Positions 38,885 to 49,962 of a stretch of 64,000 nucleotides of DNA are shown here, one piece after another. A model generated the notes under the pieces. It had not been told where the DNA came from. It ran no database searches and was given only the letters and a program-made list of their open reading frames with translations. A program made the position numbers and the translations under genes. Source of the stretch: a candidate division WWE3 bacterium (GTDB taxonomy: Bacteria; Patescibacteriota; WWE3; 2-01-FULL-39-13); assembly GCA_943354835.1 (NCBI GenBank), contig CALRDH010000002.1:42270-106269 (forward strand), given 5' to 3'. The number at the start of each line of letters is the position of its first letter. Positions within the stretch are counted from its first letter, which is position 1.

Positions 38885-39169
38885 ATGCATATGATTACAG
38901 ATAATCTAAATATTCGCAGTGACGCAGGTGCAATGTTCGAAAACTTCGTGGTTGCAGAAATCAAAAAGGAAATATCATATCTTGGTTTAGACTACAAATT
39001 GAAATATTGGAGATTAAAATCTGGATCAGAGATTGATTTGGTCATAAGTAACAAAGATGAATTTATCGGATGTGAAATAAGGCTAACTGATGGAAAAATA
39101 TCACAAGCTTTCAAAAACAGATATCCTGAAGCAAAAACGCATCTTATCAATTCAGATAATTTTATCTAG
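38885..39169 (+). pseudogene. C-terminal remnant of a second AAA/DUF4143 gene
   Basis: MFENFVVAEIKK...SGSEIDLVI aligns with the C-terminus of the 36755-37930 protein. There is no N-terminal ATPase part. Confidence 0.55.
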
Positions 39170-39718
39170 GTACCGATTCATTTCAATACTAAACTAAACT
39201 CTACCTCGAAATACGTTAAATACATTTGCTAAATGCTATGTGACTAATTATTTTGCATGGGTATTACCTGCCTGCTGTTGTGTTTTTTCGTAGTTTAAGT
39301 TAGAATTTCGCCATCACGATCATCAAGTTAAGTAGCCTAAGGTTTCGACCGACCGCTGATCTTGGTCTTTCCTATTTCCACGATATATTTATTGAACTTT
39401 CGTAACAAACTAGAATATTTGATCCAACTGATATAATCCAAGTATGGACACATCAAAAATAATTAACCCTGAGGCCAAAAGATTTATTAATGCTTTTTTT
39501 GCGAATAGAGCAATTAACCGCGAGTATTATGAACTTGTGCTAGAAGAACAATATGATTATAGAATGGTCGATACAGCCGAGCGAAAATCTGATTCACCGG
39601 AAGAAAGTTTGGCACATCAAGCGATTTGATAGCCTTAAAATGATGTGGGGATAAATTAAATTAGACTCCGTACCTTCTCCCCCGTTGAAGTAGTCTGTAA
39701 GTTCTGTATTATTGATTT

Positions 39719-40138
39719 ATGGCAAAAAGTGAAATGAGTTATAACGATTGGATTATTAGAAATTCATCAGTAATATTTTTGATCGAAGTTGTAATTTATG
39801 GAGTAAGTCTGCTTTTGATTTCTATGCAGGCAGTAAGTGGCTCCGCGTATATGAGTAAAGACGTCCTCGACAGTTATTTGTCTTTTTATCAAATCGTTTC
39901 TATTCCTTTAGTTATTGTTTTTTCTTTCGTTCACTATTTGCGTATAAAAAGCCTTAGAGAAAAGGGAAAATCTTTCTTCTACCTTTCCAAACAAACAATC
40001 CAAATATTATGGTTAGCACTAGCCTTTCTATTTATGTATTTTGCAGGAAGATCATTTTTGATCGCAATAACTGGACTTGGATTTGATATGTGCAACTATA
40101 GTTGGAGTTACTGTATAAGACAAAACTTGTCGAGTTAA
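39719..40138 (+). CDS. membrane protein, unknown
   Basis: A 139-aa ORF with four hydrophobic segments. Confidence 0.35.
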   Translation: MAKSEMSYNDWIIRNSSVIFLIEVVIYGVSLLLISMQAVSGSAYMSKDVLDSYLSFYQIVSIPLVIVFSFVHYLRIKSLREKGKSFFYLSKQTIQILWLALAFLFMYFAGRSFLIAITGLGFDMCNYSWSYCIRQNLSS

Positions 40139-40227
40139 AACTAGTTCCCCATTTAGACTTTTTACTTTTTTTCCTAAATAAACAACTCGGATTACAACAT
40201 ATTTTATAGATATGGCATAATAAACGC

Positions 40228-40689
40228 ATGAATAAATTTTATACACTTTTAGTATTAGCAGTTTTTTTATTAGTGCTAGTATTTAAAACCAATTCCGTTT
40301 TTGCGACTGGCATGGTAACTGGCACAGGATCAATTTCTGGAACAGTATATTTAGATTCTAAGTGCGATGGGTATGATCTATCTGACACATCTTTAGCTGG
40401 TGTGAAAGTTACACTAGTTTCAAAGACACCAAAGATAAATCAAAAGGTCAAGTCTGATCTGCAGGGTAATTTCATATTTTTAGATTTGCCTTATTCTAGG
40501 TATTTACTTTCAGTTGATCCAGATAAAGGGTATATGCCTAAAAGGTTGATTTCTACCTATGAAATTGGTGAGGCTAATGGGGCTGTAAGTGGGATGTTTG
40601 TTTTTTGTGAAAAAAATAATAGAATGAATGCTATTCCCAACATCAACGTTGTTACTTCTCCTTTTTCCCAAATGAGAATGTTTGAATAA
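40228..40689 (+). CDS. secreted protein, unknown
   Basis: Signal peptide MNKFYTLLVLAVFLLVLVF. 153 aa. Confidence 0.4.
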   Translation: MNKFYTLLVLAVFLLVLVFKTNSVFATGMVTGTGSISGTVYLDSKCDGYDLSDTSLAGVKVTLVSKTPKINQKVKSDLQGNFIFLDLPYSRYLLSVDPDKGYMPKRLISTYEIGEANGAVSGMFVFCEKNNRMNAIPNINVVTSPFSQMRMFE

Positions 40690-40729
40690 TCGGGAACTGC
40701 AATAAGAATTGCCCCTAAGAATGCCAATG

Positions 40730-41584
40730 CTAAAAAATAGAAAGCTTATACCTTTTGTATTCTTCTTGGTAATTATCTACGTAATCGAAAATAAAGCTTT
40801 TGTTACTAATAAACGGGATTAAGTCATTTGCAAAATCATTTTTATATTTTGTGCAAGCCAGATTAACTTTAATGTCTATGAGATCTTTTAATTCTTCTAA
40901 ATCTAAATTTGGATTATTGATTTTCTCTTTCACTAAATTAATATTTACATTTATTCCTTTTTTTAAATACCATAATAAATCGTAAAAATCTCTACCTTTA
41001 ATTGTTTGCACATTATCTTTTCCAGTTAGTAAATTTCTTGTTAGAATAGCTGAAATTTTCCCTGCAAATAAGCTTGGAAGATCGTAATGTAGTGCAACAA
41101 AGTTATACCCAAAGGCACTTTTAGAAGCTCTTTCAATTTTATAAGATTTGCTATCTACTAAAGTAATGTCAATTTTAATATAAAGCATCTCGGATTCATT
41201 CGGGCCGGCAATACCAATTTCTCTAAGCATCGGAAATTTAAGTAGAATTTGCTTACCTTGTTGTTTGATTGAAATTTTTAATTCAGAATATCTTAATGAA
41301 CTTTTAAAGTATTTCCCTATTTTGTTTGCAATTTCTCTTGGCTCTATTGATTCTATACAATCAAAATCAAGATCTTCTGATAATCTGTCTGTTCCATAAA
41401 AATATCGTAGACATGTGCCTCCTGTAAAAATAAGATTGGATTTAAAATCATTTGACGTATAAATATACTGTAGAACTAAAATTTGCAAATACTCCTTTAT
41501 AACACTTCTAATATAAAGTGGGTTTGACTCTTTGGCTCGCTCTTCTAAAATGATTTCTTTAATATAGTTAAGTATCATATTCAT
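40730..41584 (-). CDS. AbiEii-type nucleotidyltransferase toxin (type IV TA / abortive infection)
   Basis: IKEYLQILVLQYIY...LIFTGGTCL...SEDLDFD is a DUF1814/AbiEii signature. Confidence 0.75.
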   Translation of the reverse strand: MNMILNYIKEIILEERAKESNPLYIRSVIKEYLQILVLQYIYTSNDFKSNLIFTGGTCLRYFYGTDRLSEDLDFDCIESIEPREIANKIGKYFKSSLRYSELKISIKQQGKQILLKFPMLREIGIAGPNESEMLYIKIDITLVDSKSYKIERASKSAFGYNFVALHYDLPSLFAGKISAILTRNLLTGKDNVQTIKGRDFYDLLWYLKKGINVNINLVKEKINNPNLDLEELKDLIDIKVNLACTKYKNDFANDLIPFISNKSFIFDYVDNYQEEYKRYKLSIF

Positions 41585-42308
41585 TAAAGACTAATTTGTC
41601 TAAATTAAGAAATTTATCAATAGCCGTGCTTTTGCAATAGTCGGAAAACTCTTTTATTTCCTCTTTAGTAAATTCATCCAAATTTAACCTTAAGTCATGA
41701 ATCATTGACTTAGTTATCAATGAATTTCTGTATAGTTTCAGATAAAGGAAATCAAACAAGGCTTTTGGTTTTGTAGCAATAGCAATTTCAAAACCATCTT
41801 GTTTTATTACTGAATAACCTGTAAATAATGATTTACTAATATTCCTGTAAGAAAATATTCCAAGATTGTTTGAGTATGATCGTGTTGATTTTTGGGTAAT
41901 TGCAGTATAACTAAAAACACTCTCAGTAAGTATTTGATATTTACTTAAAACATATTCTAAACTTAGATATGATGGGTAACGTAGTTTATTACTTATAAAC
42001 TCAAGATAACTTTTAGCATTTTGTTTTGAATAAAAAGATTCAGTTGTGTACACTCCCCTCTTTAATGGGATAATTAATCCTTGTTTTATCCATCTTGAGA
42101 TGTTTTTGTATAAAGTGTTTTTTTCAAGTTCGCATACCTGAGCTATCGTTGCCGTATCAAAATAACTTAGATTTTCTAGTTGTTTAAGCTTGCCTACTTG
42201 TTTCACTATTCGTACATTATATATACAGTAAGCGGAACAAGTCAAACAGTAAAAAACTGTGCACTCCGAAATGACATAAGGGGCCTTATATCTCCGCTTA
42301 AGTTGCAA
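41568..42308 (-). CDS. AbiEi-like antitoxin / transcriptional regulator
   Basis: It sits upstream of AbiEii and overlaps it. There is an N-terminal wHTH-like region and RGVY. Confidence 0.55.
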   Translation of the reverse strand: MQLKRRYKAPYVISECTVFYCLTCSAYCIYNVRIVKQVGKLKQLENLSYFDTATIAQVCELEKNTLYKNISRWIKQGLIIPLKRGVYTTESFYSKQNAKSYLEFISNKLRYPSYLSLEYVLSKYQILTESVFSYTAITQKSTRSYSNNLGIFSYRNISKSLFTGYSVIKQDGFEIAIATKPKALFDFLYLKLYRNSLITKSMIHDLRLNLDEFTKEEIKEFSDYCKSTAIDKFLNLDKLVFNEYDT

Positions 42309-42328
42309 TAACTGGACTTGGATTTGAC

Positions 42329-43483
42329 CTATATTCCTTCAAATCTCGCAGTCATTGTAGGGTTTCCATGCGTCAGTCTTTTTATTGTTAATTCGTCTGC
42401 TTTGTTATTCGCACGCCTTAGATTGTCTTCAGAAGATAACAATGCGTCTTTTGTTTTTTGAAGATGATCTATCGTTTTATCTATTTCTTCTATCGCCGTT
42501 TTAAACCTGCGACTTGCTAGCTCATAGTTTTTTGCAAATCCTTCTTTAAATTTATTAACATTATCTTCAAAATTTGTAATATCAATATTTTGACTTTTTA
42601 CCAATGCAAGTTCGGCCTTGTATTTAAGCGAATTCAATCCCGCATTTCGAAGCAGTGTAATTATAGGAATAAAAAATTGCGGCCTTACAACATACATTTT
42701 TGGAAATTTATGCGAGACATCAACAATACCAGCATTATAAAGTTCATTGTCGGCTTCAAGAAGTGTTACAAGAACGCCGTACTCACACTTTTTTTCTAAA
42801 CGATCTTTATCTAGTTCGCGAAAAAAATCTTCATTTTTTTGTTTTGTACTACTTTGATCGCCTTCATTTTTCATTTCAAACATAATAGAAATTATCTCTG
42901 TACCAGATTCATCATTCTCGCGATAAATATAATCGCCTTTGCTTCCTGATTTTGCATCATTATCTTTTTCGAAATATGCATTCTGAAAACCTGTTGCACG
43001 AAGTCTATTAAATTCAATCTCGCAATGTTGCTCAAGAGTTTCTCCAATCATCTTTGTTGAAAGTTTGACCTTCATGTCCTTTCGAAGCTCGATCTCTTCG
43101 TCTTTCATTTTTATAATATTGTCTCTTGTGCTAAGTTCGGCTAAAAATTTCTCTTTAAGGGCAACATCGTGAAGTTGAATCTCCGTTTCTTTGCTTTTTA
43201 ACTTCCCTATTACTTCGTCTCTTTCCTTTTCGATTTTATTGACAGCCTCTGTAATTGCCAACTTTTTTTCAAGCTCGGCACTGTTTATTTTTGAATTTAA
43301 TTCAGATAACTTTGTTTGAAGTTCATTTTTAACATTCGCCTCGGTTAGTTTAACCGCGGATTCTAACCGATCATGCAATTCCTTTTCGAACTCATGATTG
43401 CGGACTTGTGTAAGAATATCTGCAAATCCAGATTCATCTACCTTAAAGGCCTTTTTGCAATGTGGACAAATAATATCTTGCAT
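42329..43483 (-). CDS. DUF2130-family protein (zinc ribbon plus coiled coil)
   Basis: The N-terminus is [24 protein letters not shown], followed by a long coiled coil. Confidence 0.55.
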   Translation of the reverse strand: MQDIICPHCKKAFKVDESGFADILTQVRNHEFEKELHDRLESAVKLTEANVKNELQTKLSELNSKINSAELEKKLAITEAVNKIEKERDEVIGKLKSKETEIQLHDVALKEKFLAELSTRDNIIKMKDEEIELRKDMKVKLSTKMIGETLEQHCEIEFNRLRATGFQNAYFEKDNDAKSGSKGDYIYRENDESGTEIISIMFEMKNEGDQSSTKQKNEDFFRELDKDRLEKKCEYGVLVTLLEADNELYNAGIVDVSHKFPKMYVVRPQFFIPIITLLRNAGLNSLKYKAELALVKSQNIDITNFEDNVNKFKEGFAKNYELASRRFKTAIEEIDKTIDHLQKTKDALLSSEDNLRRANNKADELTIKRLTHGNPTMTARFEGI

Positions 43484-43553
43484 ATTGAATTATGGTAGCA
43501 TGTTTTACTTGATTATTGGTCAATCGGAGACAGACTGGATGAGTTGAGAAATC

Positions 43554-44249
43554 TTATTTCTTCGCACACGTAAGTACGTCTTTTTTGTCGAGGCCAAGTA
43601 TTAGGTAGCATTCGATGTTTTCGTTTTTATATGCATCGATTGTTTGGCCTGCTCCGGCTGCGGATTTTGTTATGTCTAATGTTAATTCTTGTTCTAGCAA
43701 GTTTTTAACTATAACTATTTGAGCTTTTTCTTTAACAGCACTTGTAAAATCTATAGTCCATGACTTTTTATCTCCATCTACATTCATTGTTGGTACGAAA
43801 TTCGAAGACAAACCTGAATTTAATTTTCCAAAAAGTACTGATATTTCAGAAGGAATTTCGCTTGTAACAATTATTGATCCCTTCATAAAAGGATGTATTC
43901 CACAATGATATGTATAAGTTCCTTCTTTAGTAAATGTATAGCTGAATTTTTCGCTATTTGCTAATTTGGGGCTTTTGAATAAATCTGAATCGCTAATAAC
44001 ATCATGTCCGTATACCTCATTATTAACCCAAGAAACAGTATCCCCTACTTTAACATTAAGAGTACTTGGCTCGAATGAATTTTTCAGTATGCTAATGTCA
44101 TTTGGATTTAAAGTTGTGGCTGGTTTGAGAACAACTTGAGGTGTCTTTCTCTGATTCACATACACAAATCCAATTACCAAAGCGATAAGTACGATTCCGA
44201 AAAAGGCAAAAATAATTTTCTTATCAAACATATAAATAAATAGTAACAC
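43554..44249 (-). CDS. membrane-anchored cupredoxin (plastocyanin/azurin-like blue copper protein)
   Basis: Type-1 copper ligands: H in YGHDV, and YTYHCGIHPFMKG (C-x2-H-x2-M). There is an N-terminal TM helix. Confidence 0.75.
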   Translation of the reverse strand: MLLFIYMFDKKIIFAFFGIVLIALVIGFVYVNQRKTPQVVLKPATTLNPNDISILKNSFEPSTLNVKVGDTVSWVNNEVYGHDVISDSDLFKSPKLANSEKFSYTFTKEGTYTYHCGIHPFMKGSIIVTSEIPSEISVLFGKLNSGLSSNFVPTMNVDGDKKSWTIDFTSAVKEKAQIVIVKNLLEQELTLDITKSAAGAGQTIDAYKNENIECYLILGLDKKDVLTCAKK

Positions 44250-44263
44250 ATTGGCCGGAATAT

Positions 44264-45480
44264 TTACTTTATGAATTGGTATTGTATGAACCAGACGGCG
44301 ATAGCCGCGATATATCCGAATAGAGCTGGAAGTGTTGCGTATTTTAGGTATTTATCAAATGTTAATTCTTTTACCATTCCCATAGCGACAACGCCTGAAA
44401 CACTTCCTATTACAAGTAAGGATCCACCTGTTCCAACAGTTAATGCTAAAAGTGTCCAAATTGGAACATCATTAATTCGAATAATGTCTATAGCAAGTGC
44501 TGTTAACGGAACATTATCAACGATAGCTGAAAAAACTCCCATAATAATATTTCCCCAAATAACGCGGGCGATTTCTTGCATTTCTCCGAATAATACCTTT
44601 GAAAGCATTTCTAAAAAGCCAAGTGCGCTTAAGGCTGAAACTGAAAGCAAAATTCCTGCAAAGAATTTCAAAGAAGAAATATTTGTTTTTTGTAAAAGGT
44701 GTTCAATATTTGCTTCTAAGTGTGTGTATGTTTGGGATCTAACTTTCAAATATTCAATCAATGACCAAACAATACCAAGTCCGAATAAAAGTCCAAAGTA
44801 TGGTTGAAGTCCAATACTATTCATTAGAACAGGAAGTATAAAAGACAAAAGGCTTAACGTAATGACCAACTTTTCTCCAGCTGTTAATGTGATTTTCTCT
44901 ACTGCTACCTTTTTTGCGACTTCATTTACAATATTTTTTCTAAGCATGAATCCTGAAACTACTGCCAATGTAGCGGCCGGTAAAAATCCTTCTCTAATAA
45001 CATCAAGTGCACTAAACTTTCCTGCAAGCCATATCATAATTGTCGTAACATCCCCAATTGGTGACCAAGCGCCACCGGCATTAGCTAAAATAACAATTCC
45101 TGCTGCAACAACGATAAGGTTTTTATCTTTAAAAAACTTTCGTGCAATCTGAATCATAACTATAGTTACAGTTAAATTATCAAGTACTGCAGAAATGAAA
45201 AATGTAAGGATTCCTATAACAACAAAAAGTTATAGTGGACAAGGATTTCAACCAAAGTCATAGCGGCAAGTAGAAACATCATAATGCTAAAAACTTCTGT
45301 TCCTGCCTCGGCCATATGTTCATGAAGAAATTCTTTGTCAACGCCTGATAATGCAACAAGGATCCATAAAACACTTGCAAGAGCCAATGCAATTGCTGAC
45401 TTGTGTGTGTGTAATTTGTGCTCTAAGGTTATAAAAACATAACCTACTATAAAGATAATGCCTGCTAAAATTGTAATCAT
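44264..45480 (-). pseudogene. NhaD/ArsB-family ion transporter, apparently split into 88-aa and 297-aa ORFs (frameshift or authentic split)
   Basis: The N-terminal piece 45214-45480 and the C-terminal piece 44264-45157 together make about 400 aa, typical of the family. They are separated by 56 nt. Confidence 0.5.
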
Positions 45481-45541
45481 AAATTTAAAACCTGCAGACT
45501 ATACTACAAAATGTTTATGTTGTATATATGAGAACGGAAAG

Positions 45542-46789
45542 TTAAAAATTTGTCTCAAAGAACCTTTTATGCCCTTTTGATATGATCAATAGCATAACCA
45601 TTATTAGTCCAATTAATGAATAAATGCTAAATATTGTTGTGAATCCAAAGATTTGTGCAAAGAAGCCTCCTAAAACTGGACCAATAACATAAGCCATATT
45701 TATAAAGAAGTCATTAACTCCGAGTATATCTACTTCGTGCTCTGGATGTATTCGCACAAATTTTACAAAAAGTGAGCTTAAAGATGGTAAACATAGAGAG
45801 AAAAAGAACGATGATAGAAGTACAAGTCCTACCATTATGACTTCCGAACTTCTGAATGGGAATATTAAAGCTAAAAATAGGCTTCCTAATATAAATGATC
45901 CAAATGCGACCTTTTTATCGCCATGTTTTTTTGCAAGATTCCCTATAAAAAAGCCTGTAAATAATCCAGGTATCATAAAACATGTTAAAAATAATGATCC
46001 TAAAAAATGATTGCTAAATTGTTCTATTAATAAAGGGCCGATTGTCCAATAAAACGCATCAAGTAAACTTAAAAGCAAACTTAAAATCAACAGGTGACGA
46101 ATTTTTTTTGATACCTTTATCCAAGTTTTTATCTCAGTTATAAAGCTAATTTTCTTGTGTTTGTATGTATTTATTGTTTGAGGTGTTTTTTTATGTTTAA
46201 CCAATAACACCGTGGACAAGAAAAATATCAATGCTAATACAAGGAAGAAGTAAGTAAACGCAATTGGATACCAAGTTAGTGTATAAATAATTAAAAGAGA
46301 AGCAATAAATGGAGCTAACATATATCCAAGGCCTTCAAAGACACTCATTAATCCGAATGAAGATGTATGTTCTGATTCCTTAATTTCAGAAACTGCAAAA
46401 TCAAATTTGCTAAATATTTTTAAGTCGTAGTAAATTCCCCAAACAGCCATTGCGGTTACAAATAAAAATGCGTTATTGGCTTTAAATAAAAGTAGAGGAT
46501 AAGCAAAACACAATAATAAAAGCGCATAAATAAAGCGTTTGTACTTTGTGTTTTGAAAATATCTGCCGATAACAAGATCAAAGATTGCTCCAAATACTGA
46601 AGAAGAACTATATATAAGCCCCATTGTAAAAACAGAGAAACCACGTTCTGTAATAAGTATTGGTGTGAAAAAGCTAACAAATCCGTCAAAGAGTGTCCAG
46701 AAAAATAAGAAAAGAGAAAAAGCGATTAATGGTTTATTTGTAAGACCATAGCTTTTAAAATAGTCCCTAAGATGGTTTATAGAATGCAT
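45542..46789 (-). CDS. MFS transporter
   Basis: 12 predicted TM helices, 415 aa. Confidence 0.6.
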   Translation of the reverse strand: MHSINHLRDYFKSYGLTNKPLIAFSLFLFFWTLFDGFVSFFTPILITERGFSVFTMGLIYSSSSVFGAIFDLVIGRYFQNTKYKRFIYALLLLCFAYPLLLFKANNAFLFVTAMAVWGIYYDLKIFSKFDFAVSEIKESEHTSSFGLMSVFEGLGYMLAPFIASLLIIYTLTWYPIAFTYFFLVLALIFFLSTVLLVKHKKTPQTINTYKHKKISFITEIKTWIKVSKKIRHLLILSLLLSLLDAFYWTIGPLLIEQFSNHFLGSLFLTCFMIPGLFTGFFIGNLAKKHGDKKVAFGSFILGSLFLALIFPFRSSEVIMVGLVLLSSFFFSLCLPSLSSLFVKFVRIHPEHEVDILGVNDFFINMAYVIGPVLGGFFAQIFGFTTIFSIYSLIGLIMVMLLIISKGHKRFFETNF

Positions 46790-47288
46790 TTACTTCCTTC
46801 CATTGATTGGGTGAATAAACTTTAGTGGCAGAACTAAATGGCCAGAATTTTCCTAAAAATTTGCCGAGTTTTGATTTAAATGGATACGGCCTAAAAATTG
46901 TGTCATCTGGATTATAAAAAATATCTGAAGGAAGACCGCTTTTTAAATAAGCATTTTGTAAAACTTTAAATTCATCTTTAGAAAGTGTTATTTCCCAGCA
47001 ACTAGTGACGTCGTGATGGCTGAATTTGCTGAAATTTGGTCTTGAATATAAATGTAATCCAAAAATACTAATGCTATTTTTTATTAGTGAATATACTAAA
47101 TCCTCTATAAAATTTTCCTTTTCCTTTTGATTTTTGGGAAGCCTGCCTTCTTTTATATCGTTTGCGAAACCTTTGGCCTTGTAATGACTACACCAATTTC
47201 CGATAGTCTTCGCAGTAACTAAAATAGCCTTATCAGATGGGAAATCCTCTTTATTGTGAAAATAATAAAGGTCCGGAATATACCTCAT
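46767..47288 (-). CDS. hypothetical protein
   Basis: A 173-aa ORF that overlaps the MFS start. Confidence 0.35.
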   Translation of the reverse strand: MRYIPDLYYFHNKEDFPSDKAILVTAKTIGNWCSHYKAKGFANDIKEGRLPKNQKEKENFIEDLVYSLIKNSISIFGLHLYSRPNFSKFSHHDVTSCWEITLSKDEFKVLQNAYLKSGLPSDIFYNPDDTIFRPYPFKSKLGKFLGKFWPFSSATKVYSPNQWKEVNAFYKPS

Positions 47289-47552
47289 TAGAATATGATA
47301 TCACTTGTTTGGATTTGATATAATATGCGCCATAATGCAAATGCTACAAGGTTTTGGACAAATAGAGACTCAAATTAACGAACCTGCAAGTGGACTTTTG
47401 GAAACTAGTGCTGCAAAAAACTCTTTGGAGTTGATAATACACAACTACAGACCTTAGCAAGCGATAGATCTAATTGGCCATCGACTGCTCTTAACGAGAG
47501 AGCTATTTATGAAACTCCAGAAGGTTGGTTTGGTATAAGAAGTGGTGAAGCA

Positions 47553-48329
47553 ATGAATAGTACTGTTATTACAGTTTACTTTACTGATAGCACAGGAGAG
47601 TTAGTTACATCAGTTAGCGCAACTATAGATAATCATCAAGCTTTTCCTACTTCAAGCCCAAAAGTTGTAACACTTGTTGGATACAGACATCAAGTTGTTG
47701 TTCCTGGATGTATAGATTCGGAAATTCTAATTGAAACATTATATCCAAATTTTATTGAAACAAAACCAAAAAATACAGCTGGACTTATCTTGATTGATAA
47801 ACATGAAATAACAGAAAAGGAAGCTGAAAGAAAATCTCTTGGTGATGTTAGTCACGAACAGGATAGAAAGCGTTTGATTACGCAAGCCGAACAAGATGAA
47901 TATATTTTAAAACTAAGTGAAGGTTTGAATTGGTACATTGCTAACAGCCAAAACTTACCAAGACCATTAATGTCATTTGAAAGGTATTCAGAAGAATTGC
48001 GTTTGATTGATCGTCTATTAAAGGATGAGCCATCCAAAGATAAAAAACCCATGATAGAAGACCTTGTGAAAGCTTTTTTTGAGACATCTGATAACGTCGT
48101 CCAGGAATTTTTAGAAAAATGGGAGGTCGATCAGTTGTCTGGCCATACGGATAGGGAAACTGCTGATTATGTAAGTTTAGTATTAAAATGTAATGATCTC
48201 AAAAAATCATATGATGAAGGTTCTTTCGTGCCAGATGATATTGTAAGATCGATCTGGGTATCATTTTCTGGATTAAAGAATAGAAAATCAGGAAATGGAA
48301 TTACAACTCTTCGCTCTGTACAGCTTTAA
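47553..48329 (+). CDS. hypothetical protein
   Basis: A 258-aa ORF with no motif. Confidence 0.35.
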   Translation: MNSTVITVYFTDSTGELVTSVSATIDNHQAFPTSSPKVVTLVGYRHQVVVPGCIDSEILIETLYPNFIETKPKNTAGLILIDKHEITEKEAERKSLGDVSHEQDRKRLITQAEQDEYILKLSEGLNWYIANSQNLPRPLMSFERYSEELRLIDRLLKDEPSKDKKPMIEDLVKAFFETSDNVVQEFLEKWEVDQLSGHTDRETADYVSLVLKCNDLKKSYDEGSFVPDDIVRSIWVSFSGLKNRKSGNGITTLRSVQL

Positions 48330-49639
48330 ATTTTGTAATCAATTCTTTCCATATCGCGCGGGAACATTGTTGCTTCGCGTACGTTTTTAAGACCTAATAC
48401 TTGCATGGTTATTCTTTCTGCTCCGAATGCAAATCCGCCTTCTGGTGGAACGCCGTATTTAAATGCTTCCAAAAATCCTTTTATTTTTTCAGTGTCCATT
48501 CCCCACTCTTTTGCATGTTTTAATAATTGTTCGTAATCGTTGATACGTCTTCCTCCTGATAAAAGTTCAACGCCTCTGCATAAAAGATCTACGCCTTCGT
48601 TAAATTCTGGATTTTCTGGGTTTGGATAGACATAAAACGGTTTCTTTTTTGTTGGATATCCATAAACAAAAACCAAATCTGATCCAGTTTCTTCTTTTAT
48701 AATAGAGCAAATATCACGTTCACTTTCTGGATTTAGATCTTTATCACCTCGCATATCCTTGCCAAGCTTTTGAAAAATCATTTCTTGCGCTTCGGTTAAG
48801 CTTAACGTTGGAGTCTTTTCTATTGTTTGAGGCAATTTAACGTCGAACATTTTTAATTCATGTGGACATTGTTTTTCGATTTGTTCAAAGACATATTTAA
48901 TCAAATTTTCTGCCATGTCTTTTACATCTGTCCAACTTTCAATAAATCCCATTTCGGCATCAAGTGAAACGATTTCAGTTAAATGTCTTGTTGTAACGCT
49001 TGGTTCAGCCCTAAAAACTTTATTAACGCTAAATACTCTTTCAAAAGCGCTCATAACAATTTGTTTGTAAAGTTGCGGGCTTTGTGAAAGATAAGCCTTT
49101 TTATCAAAATAATTGACTTCAAAAACTTCAGCGCCGCCTTCGGCAACGGCCGGAGTAATTGCAGGAGCCTGAAATTCAAAAAAGCCATTTTGCTTTAAGA
49201 ATTCTCTAAACGAATCTATTATTACTGCTTGGATTTTAAAGATTGCTTGAACTTTTGGATGTCTTAATGAAACTGGTCTATGATCAAGCAAAGTTGGAAG
49301 TTCAACATCAAGTTCTGCTTTTCCTAAATCAAAAGGCAAAGTTTCTGCCGGAACGGCAAAAACTTTGTATTCTTCTACATCAATTTCGACAGTTCCTGTT
49401 GGCATATCTGGATTCACCATTTTTTCTGGTCTGGCTTTTACCATTCCTATAATTTCGATTGCGGATTGTGTAAGAAGTTCACTCATCTTATTAAAGCCGA
49501 CGCACTGAATGCGTCCTGTGCGATCCCTAAGCTCAATAAAAGTTAGCTTTCCATGATCACGCTTGATATCAACCCATCCTTTTAGTAAAACTTTTTGTCC
49601 AATAAGTGAAATTGTTTCTGTTGCAAGTGTTCGATTCAT
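48326..49639 (-). CDS. aspartyl/asparaginyl-tRNA synthetase (class IIb, archaeal-type short form)
   Basis: An N-terminal OB anticodon-binding domain. Motif 2 FRAEPSVTTRHLTE and motif 3 GGFAFGAERI. 437 aa. Confidence 0.8.
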   Translation of the reverse strand: MNRTLATETISLIGQKVLLKGWVDIKRDHGKLTFIELRDRTGRIQCVGFNKMSELLTQSAIEIIGMVKARPEKMVNPDMPTGTVEIDVEEYKVFAVPAETLPFDLGKAELDVELPTLLDHRPVSLRHPKVQAIFKIQAVIIDSFREFLKQNGFFEFQAPAITPAVAEGGAEVFEVNYFDKKAYLSQSPQLYKQIVMSAFERVFSVNKVFRAEPSVTTRHLTEIVSLDAEMGFIESWTDVKDMAENLIKYVFEQIEKQCPHELKMFDVKLPQTIEKTPTLSLTEAQEMIFQKLGKDMRGDKDLNPESERDICSIIKEETGSDLVFVYGYPTKKKPFYVYPNPENPEFNEGVDLLCRGVELLSGGRRINDYEQLLKHAKEWGMDTEKIKGFLEAFKYGVPPEGGFAFGAERITMQVLGLKNVREATMFPRDMERIDYKI

Positions 49640-49687
49640 GTTGGAATTGTAGTTGGTTCGGAAAAAGGAGTCAAATGAGAACTAAAA

Positions 49688-49717
49688 AGGAGAGGCTTTA
49701 AGACCTCTCCTTTTTTT
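49688..49717. terminator. bidirectional Rho-independent terminator
   Basis: An aggagagg...cctctcct hairpin flanked by AAAAA on the 5' side and TTTTTTT on the 3' side. Confidence 0.6.
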
Positions 49718-49962
49718 GCTTAAGCAAAAATTTTCAAACTTAGTTACTTTTTTGCTTTCTTTTTTACGGCTGTTTTTGGTTTCTTTGCAGCTTTTTTTGC
49801 AGGACTTTTTGCTTTCATCGAATATCACCGCCCAAAATACTGCGCCATAATCTACAAAATCTAATCATAGTTTATGGGCAGAAAAACTATTTATAAACCA
49901 ATGATGCGACTTATATTTCATACGTCAAGCATGTGTAAATGTATATAGGATACTTTGCGAAT

